This document shows positions 12,950-25,581 of a DNA stretch of 64,000 nt, in pieces; within the stretch, counting starts at the first letter, position 1; the number at the start of each line of letters is the position of its first letter. Source of the DNA: Selaginella moellendorffii (lineage: Eukaryota; Plantae; Lycopodiophyta); NCBI RefSeq assembly GCF_000143415.4, contig NW_003314340.1:552161-616160 (forward strand), in the 5' to 3' direction. The notes beneath the pieces are model-generated. The model worked only from the letters and a program-made list of their open reading frames with translations, did no database searches and was not told where the DNA came from. A program made the position numbers and the translations under genes.

Positions 12950-14607
12950 AGTGCACGTACAAAGTGTTGCCAACCTTAGAAATAGCAAGGCGCTCCAAAA
13001 CCTTCCTCCTCTTGGGGTGCTGCAACTCCTCCGCGTTGCGCTTCTCGATTCTCGAACCCTATTGGAAGTTCATGCCAGGAGATCAGTGTGGAGTTTTGGA
13101 GCGAAAGAAAAACTTATTTACTGTCCAAATAACAAAATATCAAAGTCAAGACTACTCCAAATGGTGAAAAATCTCTAAAAGAGGAACACCATACTTAAAG
13201 CCCTTGAGCAGCAAGCCCGTTTTGATCGCTCAGTTCGTAGTCGAACACATTACCTAGACGTGTGTTTGTTCGCCAGCCACTTCATGGCACACGTTTTCTC
13301 ATGCTCGTCCAGAAAGTATTGTGGCTCTTCTGCAAAGAATAACACAATGCTAAGCACCCAGCTTTAAAACTCTGCACTCACTTCTGGCCATCTTCAAGAG
13401 GATCATCATATAAAACCTACCTGTAATGGCATAAACATAAACAACACCCACTCCTAGAAAGAACAGATCTAAAGCATTACCGTACGTGCATTCCAGATCG
13501 AGGGACATCCTATCAGCAGATATAAAAGTCCTGCCGCAGCAGTTAGACTAGAATTTCATGGCAGGATCTGCAGGAACAACTGCTGCACACACGAAATAAG
13601 AAAAGAGAAGAGAACAAGAAAAAAGAGCAAGGAACAAACCCGCTCTTACTCAAGGCCATTTGAAACAGAGCTCTATACAGCTGAAGAAGGCTGACAGAAA
13701 ACAGTATGTCACAGAAAACAGGGATCTGTGTATGCCCTCAAGCACGTCCAGGATCAGCTGCTCAGAACAAACTTGTCAGAACAAGTATCGAATGTGAAGT
13801 CACAGTCACATTCAGAGTCGGAATGACCATCTCATGGTCCTCAACTTGAACGCCATCCTGAAAAATCTTTTGCAGAAAAAGCAACCACTCGTGCATGTGC
13901 ACACGGTGAAGAGGCGAGCCATGGCACTTGTTGTAAGGACCTTCAACGAGACCTTGCGCGAGACGGATCATATTCGTCGTCCCTGGCAGTGAAGAAGCTG
14001 CTGCAGCTTGGTCAACAAAGCCTGCGCTAGTCAACACCAGTCAGCAGCCAGCAGACTTCCTGATTACATTGCAGTGCGAATAAACGACGTCTTGTATTCG
14101 CCGAACCATATGTTCAGCTCGTACCGCTTTGGATACTCCACTGCGAAGCAGAAAGTGATTTTTCCTTGAGGAGAAAAGTAGACAACAGGTACCTAAGTCT
14201 TTAAGCTCCATGTGAGCATTCAAGGGCAAAACTTCTTCGCACCTACAATGGCCTTGAATGAACGTCAGTGCAGCACAACATAAACGAAAGACATTACCGT
14301 CAACACCCAGTTGTACGACTCCCACATCGGTTGCCGCGATCGATTACAGCGTCAGAGGCGGACACAATTCTAGCATCAAAGGCATCGCACATACGCTATA
14401 GTGATGCACAGCTCAGTAGCCAGCACAAAACAAAGAAATTTTCTTCTTCTTCCGTGTATTCCAGGCACAGCGAAGATAAACGCGCAGCATCTTCTTCAAA
14501 AATCGCATCACCAGGCTCCTGCATGCATGCGCTATCAGAATCATTACTTGCCTCCTCTTGGATGCCGGATGCTCATCCTCCTCCGCGTTGCGCTTCTTGC
14601 TCTCCAT
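12950..14607 (-). pseudogene. Decayed, spliced-looking orphan gene of unknown family
   Basis: Starts MESKKRNAEEDEHPASKRRQ. It has GT-AG-bounded segments and 90-aa ORF pieces interrupted by stops, and no recognisable domain. Confidence 0.35.
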
Positions 14608-14635
14608 CGCCGAATTCCCGAACCCTACCACCTTT

Positions 14636-16897
14636 TCAACCAAATGATTGATGATATGTGTTTGAAAGAAGAATGTATGATGCCGTGCTATCGCGCTTGA
14701 GCGCTCGAATCCTCTCTGCCGCTATCGCCGCGAGCTCTGGATCACGACCATGGAGGCTACATGCGCCCAGCAAGCTCGTCCAGGCACCCACAAACTTGGG
14801 CGCGAAAGGCAAGCACTCCACAAGATCCAGCGCGCGATCCAGATGCCCCGCTCGGCCCAAGCAATCCACCACCGCGCAGTAGTGCTCCGGCGATGCTGTC
14901 AGATCGTAGTCCTCGCGCATGGATCGAAAGCAGCACTGGATCTCCTCGATCGAGCCTTGGTAGCTGCAAGCCGCTAGCACGGCCGTGTAGCAGATCTCGC
15001 TGGGGTTCCAGCCCTCCTGCTGGAGCTCGCAGAAGAGATCCAGCGCCGATCGATGCGATCCGGGATTGTGGGCGAGGCCAGTGATCGCTGCTGTCCACGA
15101 GACTAGATTTGGATCCGGCATGGCACGGAAGATCGCGATCGCGGTGCCAAGATGGCCGAATTGGATGTAGCTCGTGAGGAGGGTGTTCCAGGACACTGCG
15201 TTGCTCTCTCTCGCCCTGGAGAGGAGGATCTTTGCCTCGCGCAAATGCCCATTCGAGGCCAATGCTGCGATCATAGCGTTGTAGCTCGTGGCATCGGGAT
15301 GGGCGATTTGGGAGAAGATCCGCCACGCCTCTGCAACATCCACGATCCGGGCATACGCATCGATGATCGCTCTGATCGCGCTAGAGTCCCGATTCTCCGG
15401 ACTCAAGCGATCAAACAGCACCCTGGCTTCTTCGATCCTCCCGGACTGCGCGTAGGCCTCGAGCATGGAGATTGCGGAGTTGGGCGATGCGAATCGATCA
15501 AAGAGGAGCTTGGCCTGCTCGATCCTACCACCAAACGCGAGTGCTGCGACCATGGCATTGATCGTCACAGCGTTGTGATGGGTCATCCGACCAAAGAGGA
15601 GCTGCACCTCATCGAGATCGCCGCTCCTTGCGTAGCCAGAGATGATCGCATTCCACGCCGCCACATCCCACCGTGGCATGGAATCGAAGAGTGCTCTCGC
15701 CTCGCGCATCTGGCCCTGCATGGCATGGGCGGAGATCATCGACGTCCATGACACTGCGTCTCGATCAGGCATGGAATCAAACACTTTTCTAGCATCGCCC
15801 ACTCGATCGCTCGCAAGGTAGGCAGCAAGGAGTGAGTTCCACGCGACTGTGTTGTGAGACTCCATGGAATCAAACACGATCTTTGCGTCCACGGCCAGTC
15901 CCTGCTGTGCATAAGCTCCAATCATCGTGCTCCAGGAGACAGCGTTTCTCTGCGGCATCATGGCGAAGAGAGCTTGTGCCTCGCGGATATGGCCGTGAGA
16001 ACCCATTGCCGCGATCATCAAGTTCCATGAAACTGTGTCTCTGAAAGGGATTCTTTGAAACATCACGATTGCATCGTCAATCCTCCCAAAGTCTGCAATC
16101 GCACCCAGGAGGCTGTTCCACGAGAAGCAGTCCCACTCGGGCATCTCAAAGAAAACAATGGCCACCTTTTCCATTTGCCAATTCTCGGCATTTGCCGCAA
16201 TCATAGAGTTCCAAGCGGCTACAGTTCGTAATGGCATAGAATCAAACAGATCCTTCGCATTTTCTAAATCATTTCTTGATGCCAAAACTGATATCATCGT
16301 TGTATACGACGAAACATCTCGCTCTGGCATCTCATTAAAGAGCGCAATGGCTTCCTCCAGATGCCAGTTCTGGGCATAGCACAAAAGCATTACGTTCCAG
16401 CAGATGACGTCTCTGTGCTCCAGCGCAAGAAACAACGTTTTCGTTTCGTCAACCATTCCGCAATCCGCATACGCAGTGATCATCGTCGTCCATGACACGA
16501 GACTGTAGAAAGGCATCGCATCAAACAATCGCCGCGCCTCCTCCAGATCTCCACCCGCGGCAATTGCTGCAATAGCAACATTCCAGCTGACAAGATTCTT
16601 CACTGGGTTTTTCTCAAACACCCGCCTGGCCTCGTCAACTCTACCGTTGGTCACAAACGCGCTCATCAGTATGTTCCACGAAAAGGCATTGGGCGCGTGG
16701 ATCGATCGAAAGGCCTTGACCGCGTCGTCCAGTGATCCACACTTCCCATACATTTCCACCGCCAGATTCCCGAGATAGGTGCTGCCGCGCAGTGGGCTGT
16801 CGAGCAATCGAGCATGGGCGTGTTGGGCATTGGCCAGATCCTTGGCAGCGCCACAGCTGCGAAGGAGCTGGGCGAGCTCTTGGACTTGGACGCACAT
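14636..16897 (-). CDS. PLS-class pentatricopeptide repeat protein, E-type without DYW, intronless
   Basis: 753-aa ORF with MYGKCGSLDDA, many ~31-aa repeats, VLAACSYQG, HYCAVVDCLGRAG, WTSLLGAC, ending SYILLSNTYHQSFG*. Confidence 0.95.
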   Translation of the reverse strand: MCVQVQELAQLLRSCGAAKDLANAQHAHARLLDSPLRGSTYLGNLAVEMYGKCGSLDDAVKAFRSIHAPNAFSWNILMSAFVTNGRVDEARRVFEKNPVKNLVSWNVAIAAIAAGGDLEEARRLFDAMPFYSLVSWTTMITAYADCGMVDETKTLFLALEHRDVICWNVMLLCYAQNWHLEEAIALFNEMPERDVSSYTTMISVLASRNDLENAKDLFDSMPLRTVAAWNSMIAANAENWQMEKVAIVFFEMPEWDCFSWNSLLGAIADFGRIDDAIVMFQRIPFRDTVSWNLMIAAMGSHGHIREAQALFAMMPQRNAVSWSTMIGAYAQQGLAVDAKIVFDSMESHNTVAWNSLLAAYLASDRVGDARKVFDSMPDRDAVSWTSMISAHAMQGQMREARALFDSMPRWDVAAWNAIISGYARSGDLDEVQLLFGRMTHHNAVTINAMVAALAFGGRIEQAKLLFDRFASPNSAISMLEAYAQSGRIEEARVLFDRLSPENRDSSAIRAIIDAYARIVDVAEAWRIFSQIAHPDATSYNAMIAALASNGHLREAKILLSRARESNAVSWNTLLTSYIQFGHLGTAIAIFRAMPDPNLVSWTAAITGLAHNPGSHRSALDLFCELQQEGWNPSEICYTAVLAACSYQGSIEEIQCCFRSMREDYDLTASPEHYCAVVDCLGRAGHLDRALDLVECLPFAPKFVGAWTSLLGACSLHGRDPELAAIAAERIRALKRDSTASYILLSNTYHQSFG

Positions 16898-17199
16898 ACG
16901 TCGTCGCCCATCTCTTCATTTTAAAAAGAGAAGCCTTTAGATCGATCCAATGCACGCGTTTTCTTCCAAATAGAATAGTGGGGACCAAAGAAACGGTCGA
17001 TCTCCCGAACATGTGTTCTGGCACACAAGCCACGAGAATCTGGACAAAATCGGTCAAGAACAAGGCCCATTTGTTGCAAAGTTCTCGTTTTTATATATAA
17101 GAACTTTACGTACAAGGATCAACTTGCCTTTGACAATGAATGCAACACAAAGATGGAATTTTTCCTGCCTCGATCATCGAGGAAACAATCTTGGGTTCT

Positions 17200-18401
17200 T
17201 TAGTTCACAGCGCTGCAGACTCTTCGAATCTCGCCGCGCGTGCCCGTGAGCACATCCAAGTTGCCCATATTGGTCATGGACTGCGCGAACGCGGCGTTGA
17301 AGTTGAGCGTGCCGTTTGCAAGCGCGCGGACGATGTCGTCGGTTCTTTGCTCCACCCGGAGCTGCTGGTCGATGATGAGGATCGCCCGGTTGGAGACGAG
17401 CTGATCAAAGAAGACCTTGTCCACCCGGAATGGAGTTCCTTGGTCGAGGAAAACTTCCACCGAGTCTGAGGTGCAAGCGCGCTGGAGCTGCCTCACCAGC
17501 GCCGGATCCATGCTCGGGTCCGCTCGCCCGGTGCCGCGGAAGTTGAAGAGGCGGTGGCGAAAGAAGCCGCAGTGCGTAATTCCGACAGTGTGAGCGCCTA
17601 CATTCATTGACAACAAGAAAATGATCATTTTTCCGGGGTTCACGGAGGAGTCCCAAAGTTCTTTCCGTACATACCCAGGAGGAGAACAAGGTCTTGCGGA
17701 GTGAGGCCCTTGTTTGCGAAGGCTTGGATGGCACCGTTGGCATTGCTGTTTGGATCCGGCAAGACGTCTGCGTCGTTCACGATGGAGATTCTCCCGTCCC
17801 TCCGCCCGGTTGGAACGGGGTAGTCTGGACCTCCAGCCTGCTCGATCGAAACAAAACCACCATGGTGTTCAATCAATCCAAGGAACGCCTCTAGACTCAC
17901 CAGGGCGATCGAATCTCTCGTCGCCAATGCCACGATATCGGCACACGAGACAACCCCCCGGCATTGCCTCTCCACCTCGGCCTTGGCGGCGTCGATAAGA
18001 TCATACCCCCGGACGCTCCCGTTTGCTCCGTGCTCCTTCTCGGAACGGTTGGTTCTCGTGGAGTTGAGCAACAAAGAAGCATCGCATCCCTGCCAAGAGG
18101 AAATGAAGTATCATACCAAACTATCATCTCCTCTCTCTCGATCGATTGAGATACTATCCATCGCCAGGAAACTTACTCGGACGAAGCAATCGTGGAAGAA
18201 GAGCCGCAGCAGTGCCGCCGTGACCGTCCTATCCCTACCGAGAAACCTCTGCACCACACCTCTAACAATGGGTTCTACATTGCGGCACGATCTCGAGTAG
18301 AATCCCACTCGCAATCCACTGCTCTGGCCAATGACCTCCACATTCCCGGCAAACAAAAGAAGAAAAACCACAGCAAGAACAGAGTTTCCTCTACTTCCCA
18401 T
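17200..18401 (-). CDS. Class III secretory peroxidase (4 exons)
   Basis: Signal peptide, LLRLFFHDCFVR|GCDASL, VSCADIVALATRD, VPTGRRDG, GAHTVG, GEIRRVC. Confidence 0.95.
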
Positions 18402-19506
18402 AGCTATGGCTTTCTATATCTCTGTTCTTTTCCTTCTTTCGTACACTGACTATATGGTGTTCTTCCCAAGTTCCACACTTTATATACTAATGGATCCAAG
18501 GTAAGACACAAGGTGATTTAATGTAGTAGCCATCGATGTCATTTTTGCGCGCCAACCCGTCCTATTTTGTCAGGTGCTTTTGAAAGCTTATAAGGGGGTA
18601 TATTCTTATCCGCTAGTAGAAATTCTTAGCATATTCTAGCTCCCATCCAACGGCTCTGATTGTTTCAAATCTCACGCGCTTTCAAATTATAACTTGGTGT
18701 ATACTCAAGCCTAAGTTTTTTCAAACGCTAAAATTCTCCTAGTACTGACTAAGTTTCTTCTCGAAACTTAAAAAACTCCCAAGAAATCTAAGAACTGCAT
18801 AGTGTCTCTGCTGACCAAGTCGCCTCGTGATTTCTTGAACCAAAACAGCATTTATGATCACATTGACCATTTTAAAAATCAAATGGTTTGCCATTGCTTG
18901 GCTCAATCCAATCTCCAAATCGCATTTGAAGCTAAGACAAGTTTCACGCAAGAAAAACTCATATAATACTTCCATCTATCTGGTGAAGGGTTGCATCCAA
19001 AGAAGACGTGTGAGCACGTCTGCAATCGCTCACAGCTTAGCTCATTTCTCAACTATTACTCTAATGTTTCATCACTTGGTCATCAATGAATAAATAGAAA
19101 ACAAACTTTATTAACAACATATTAACAACTTATATGTATCCATATCATGAACTACTAAACCAAGTCAACTGGTTTTGAGTAGTGTGATGTGGCTCCGGGA
19201 AAAGAGGCTTTGACTTTGAGAGATTAGAAGGCCAATACTCCATTTTCTTTGATAAATTGTTGTTGTTGGTGTTGGTGGCGTTCTTGTGTGTCAGCCTGGC
19301 GAGCACATAGCACATCGCTCCCAAGTTGGGAGCGTGGAACGCTCGTCACTAGGAAGTTTTGTAAGGACATCGTTTCATCCCTTTAAAGTCTCTGTCCACT
19401 TTCCTAGATCCCAAAGTGGTCATCCCACCACTTTCTTTTAGGTGAGGTTTCTTGGTCTCTCAGGGTGTTCTTCATTCACAGCTTTTGGGAAGTTCTTGTG
19501 TGAATC

Positions 19507-20733
<1,227 letters not shown>

Positions 20734-20865
20734 TTGATTTGATTTTGGAATCTACTTGATTTCTTTTTTTAAAAAAGGTTGTAAATAATGTCAAATAAAG
20801 GTACAAATGCCAATACTTAAAAAGTTTGACTTGTTTTCTTCTCTTTATTCTTCTTACTTATTTTT

Positions 20866-22100
<1,235 letters not shown>

Positions 22101-22299
22101 CGTCGGAAACAATTAATCAACTCTTTTGAGTGTTACGTGTGTGGAGCACGAGTCCTTTTAAATCCATCGCGGTGGAGAAATCTCGTGCTTCATCTAGTCT
22201 TAGTCCAACTATTCGCAGTTGACTATGTCAAGCCCATCAAACAAATGGCCCTTGGAATATTATCGAAGGCTTAGGGTTTCTCCTAGTTTAGGGTTTATG

Positions 22300-23376
22300 T
22301 TACCTTAGGCTTAGATGGAGGAACGCGCATTTCGCCCCATTGCGGCAATAGCCTTTATCGTAGAATCGGCACGCCACGCCCGGAGGCCTCCACTCGCGCT
22401 CGCGATCGCGATCCCGATGGTGGTGATGGTGATGGCGATTATCCTCCCTCTCCCTTCTTGCCCTCTTCCTGGCCGCTTCTTCCCCCTCCTCCTCCTCCCT
22501 CGATCGTCGCCTCTGGGGAGATTTCGAGCCGCGATCGTCACCGATCTTCGCCAGATCTCTAAACAGCACGCGCTCCTGGCTCTGGCCGATCTTCCAGATC
22601 TTGAGCTCCTCGGGGAGCCTGGCAATCCGGCTGCGCAGCTCGTCTAGCGACCGCGGCCCTTGCAACGCGCCCTTGGCGTCCTCGTACATCCAGGTCTGGA
22701 TCCCAGCGTTGCCAGCCTCGTCGTAGTAATCGATGAGCGCGGCGAGGTCGATGGAATCGGTGGCGGGCGCCGCGCCGCGCCTCCACACGCGGATGGCGCC
22801 GGTGAGGATGTCCATCGATCGCCACTTCTTGAGCAAGTGGATGCTGTAGGGGCCCTGCGTCTTCCCGGTGGAGCTGGTGTAATGCCAGAGCTCCTCGTCG
22901 ATCTTGCCGCCCTTTTCTCCTTCCTTCCTCTCTTGCGGATAATGCGGGCGCTCTGGCCGACGATCTTGGCGGGGATGGAGCGATTCTTGCCGGTGGCGAG
23001 AATCGCCATCTCGATCGTCGCGTTGCTGCTGGAGATTATTTCGCTCGCTGCCTTTGCGGTGGTGGTGGTGATTTTCTCGATCCGATCGCTGTCGATCATC
23101 CTCTCGATCGCGTGACCGCGGCTTTCGATCGACTTCCGCCGTGTCGCCGAACCGGTGCCAGTGCTTTCTTTCCGCCGTATCTTTTCGCTCGATCGCATCG
23201 GCTTTTGGCGGCGGCGGCGGTGGAGAAATCGTCGTTGGCGGTGGCCGCGGTGGCGATGTCGGTAGCGGCGGTGGAGCTGGAGAAATCGTCGTTGGCGGTG
23301 GTGATAGCGGCGGTGGCGGTGATGGACGGACAACGATATTCTTCCCAAACAAGCGCAGTGTCGTCGCCATAGCCAT
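22300..23376 (-). CDS. Intronless protein with LRLFG motif, Pro-rich region, two GYF-like domains and a C-terminal CCCH zinc finger
   Basis: WHYTSSTGKTQGPYSIHLLKKW and WMYEDAKGALQGPRSLDEL match the GYF signature. CRFYDKGYCRNGAKCAFLH is C-x7-C-x5-C-x3-H. Confidence 0.85.
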   Translation of the reverse strand: MAMATTLRLFGKNIVVRPSPPPPLSPPPTTISPAPPPLPTSPPRPPPTTISPPPPPPKADAIERKDTAERKHWHRFGDTAEVDRKPRSRDREDDRQRSDRENHHHHRKGSERNNLQQQRDDRDGDSRHRQESLHPRQDRRPERPHYPQERKEGEKGGKIDEELWHYTSSTGKTQGPYSIHLLKKWRSMDILTGAIRVWRRGAAPATDSIDLAALIDYYDEAGNAGIQTWMYEDAKGALQGPRSLDELRSRIARLPEELKIWKIGQSQERVLFRDLAKIGDDRGSKSPQRRRSREEEEGEEAARKRARREREDNRHHHHHHRDRDREREWRPPGVACRFYDKGYCRNGAKCAFLHLSLR

Positions 23377-23531
23377 TTCTTTCGTTCACGGGGTGTCGTG
23401 CAACCCTAGTGTATAAACCACGTCGCCGCTATATCTGATTGCGACTCGTGGCGGCACCGAGCTTTTCAAGGCCATGCACCTTGCTAAAAATAGCTACGCT
23501 AAGAATATACCCCCTAAATTTACATGGTGCG

Positions 23532-23593
23532 TCCCAGCCGTTGGATACAGACCAGCGCTTAGCAAGTCGCATGGAGATCCCAGCCGTTAGATA
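23532..23593 (-). promoter_or_regulatory. Paired MSA-like (AACGG) elements upstream of the GYF-CCCH gene
   Basis: 16-bp direct repeat tcccagccgtt(g/a)gata at 23532 and 23578, which reads TC(C/T)AACGGCT on the minus strand. Confidence 0.45.
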
Positions 23594-23943
23594 TTGGTTT
23601 AATCTGATTTGATCTTCAGTTAATAATCTCGCTTAAGAAGGAGTGGTATGGATCCATGTCACACTGGATCCCAAAATCTGGGACATTCTCGAAGGCTTCC
23701 AGGTAGACGCTGAGCCTGTCCTTTGCCACGCTTAATGGGCTGCCTCCTCCTTTGGTAGTAGCATCTATGACACACAAAACAAACGCCATTAACAATCTAG
23801 AGACCACCACCGTATCGATCGATCGAGACGAGACGAGCTTCTCGATCTCGCGATCTCTCTTCTCGATCGATTGCCTATACAATCGAACGATTCGAGATCG
23901 GGGGAGGAAGATGGCTATGGAATATATAGTCTAGCAACGCAGC

Positions 23944-25581
23944 TCAAGTACCTGGCATCGTGTTCTTGGTGCTCGAGATGGTCGTGGAGGAGGGAACGTT
24001 GTAGCCCTTTGGAAGATCGTCCGAGTGGATTTGATATGGAGCTGGGGCGCTCAAGCTTCGCGACAGCTGTGGTGGCGGCACTAGAGCGTTATCCGAGACA
24101 GAGGGGAGCTTGGAGAGGAGAGCGTGGAGGCTGGACATGGATGGGTGTAAGTGTGGGACGACTCCCGGGGAAGAGTGGCCAGTGTTGAGCGATTTGGAGA
24201 GCGGTGGTCGCTCTGGTATCTTGCGGCCGCTGCTGCTGCTGCTACCGGCGATCATGGCGGCTTGATCTTCGTTGGTGTCCGAGCAGGAGGAGCTCGTTCG
24301 TTTGAGACCCACCGATGGAACGATCGTGGTGTGATCTTGCTGTTGCTGTTGCTTGAGAGTGGTGTTGTTTGGATCCATCGCGAGCGATCGGTGGTCTTGA
24401 ATGTTGTAAGATCCTGGTGGTGTTCGAGCCCCGAGGCTCATGAGATTGAATCGCTGCTGCTCGGTGAGGCCGATGAAGGAGTCGTCCAGGACGCCATAGC
24501 TGCTGCTGCTTGATCTCAGGGCGCTGGATTGGAGCGGGACTCTTGGACGGATCGAGTGATTTAGCGTGTTTGGATGAGGAGCGAAAACTCCTGGAATGGT
24601 TTGGAGGTAAGTGAATTTCCGCTGGAGGAGGATGACCAAGTTGAGATCTTCGAGAACCTGCATAGCTCGATCGATCGAAAGCTTCATCGTTTGTGAAAGA
24701 AGATTGAAAATTTACCTTGTCTAACGATCCAAGCTGCAAGAGGCCTTCTTGGACTGCAACAATGGCTATGGTCTGGAAAGAGCCCAAAACATATGAAAAA
24801 TGCCGCGAAATGAAAGGAAAAATCACCTGAATTCCAGCTTTGAATTGAGCTTCCCATGTTCTTGGATGCTGAAACGAAAAAACAGCCAAACTTTTGTAAG
24901 GATTATCGCGAGCGTTTTTCTTACTGGGTCTAGCGATCCATGCCATGGCGACACCAAGCTTGAATCTTGGTCGGCCGGGTCTCTAAAAATCCACTTGTGG
25001 CTGCTGTCTGAGGCAACTTTGCCCATCAACCTGTTTGGAAAAACGAAAAAAGAAAAAAAAAAACCGCAAGTGATTTGATTTTTTTTTTTCCTTGGAAAGA
25101 ACGTACCCTTCTCCGTAGCTGTAAACTTCGTGAGACATTTTGAAGAAGAGCTCGGGCTGCAGTGGCTCGGCCGAGGCAGCTTCACTGTCTCCTGAAGAAG
25201 ACTGCTTGAAACTCTTGACACAAGCAGCAAAATCGCAAAATCCATCCTCCCAAGTCAAAATCCTAAAAACCAAAGAATGAGGACCCAGACTTGGATCAAA
25301 CAAACATAGAATGCCCTCACCAATTTCTCTTGTTGCCTTTTGACCTATCCAAGAATCCAGACTCATTGTCCCACCTATATGTATCAATCATACATATATC
25401 ATGTTAGAACATTCATATGGTAAATTCTGTGTGCTCACTTGGGTGGAGGGTAGTTCCTGGGAAGAATCCTCCACAAAACAGCATAGACCCACTGAGATTC
25501 CGTGCAGATGCTCCTTAGTGTGTGCTGCAACAAGTGGTTCACTACAGGCAATCCATGTTGTTGCTGCTGTTGTCTATCCAT
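23944..25581 (-). CDS. RICE SALT SENSITIVE 3-like protein (bHLH-MYC N-terminal domain only)
   Basis: HLLQHTLRSICTESQWVYAVLWRILPRNYPPPK|W..ILTWEDGFCDF..LFFKMSHEVYSYGEG|LMGKVASDSSHKWIF..PRTWEAQFKAGIQ|TIAIVAVQEGLLQLGS..PSMSSLHALLSKLPSV. Confidence 0.88.
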
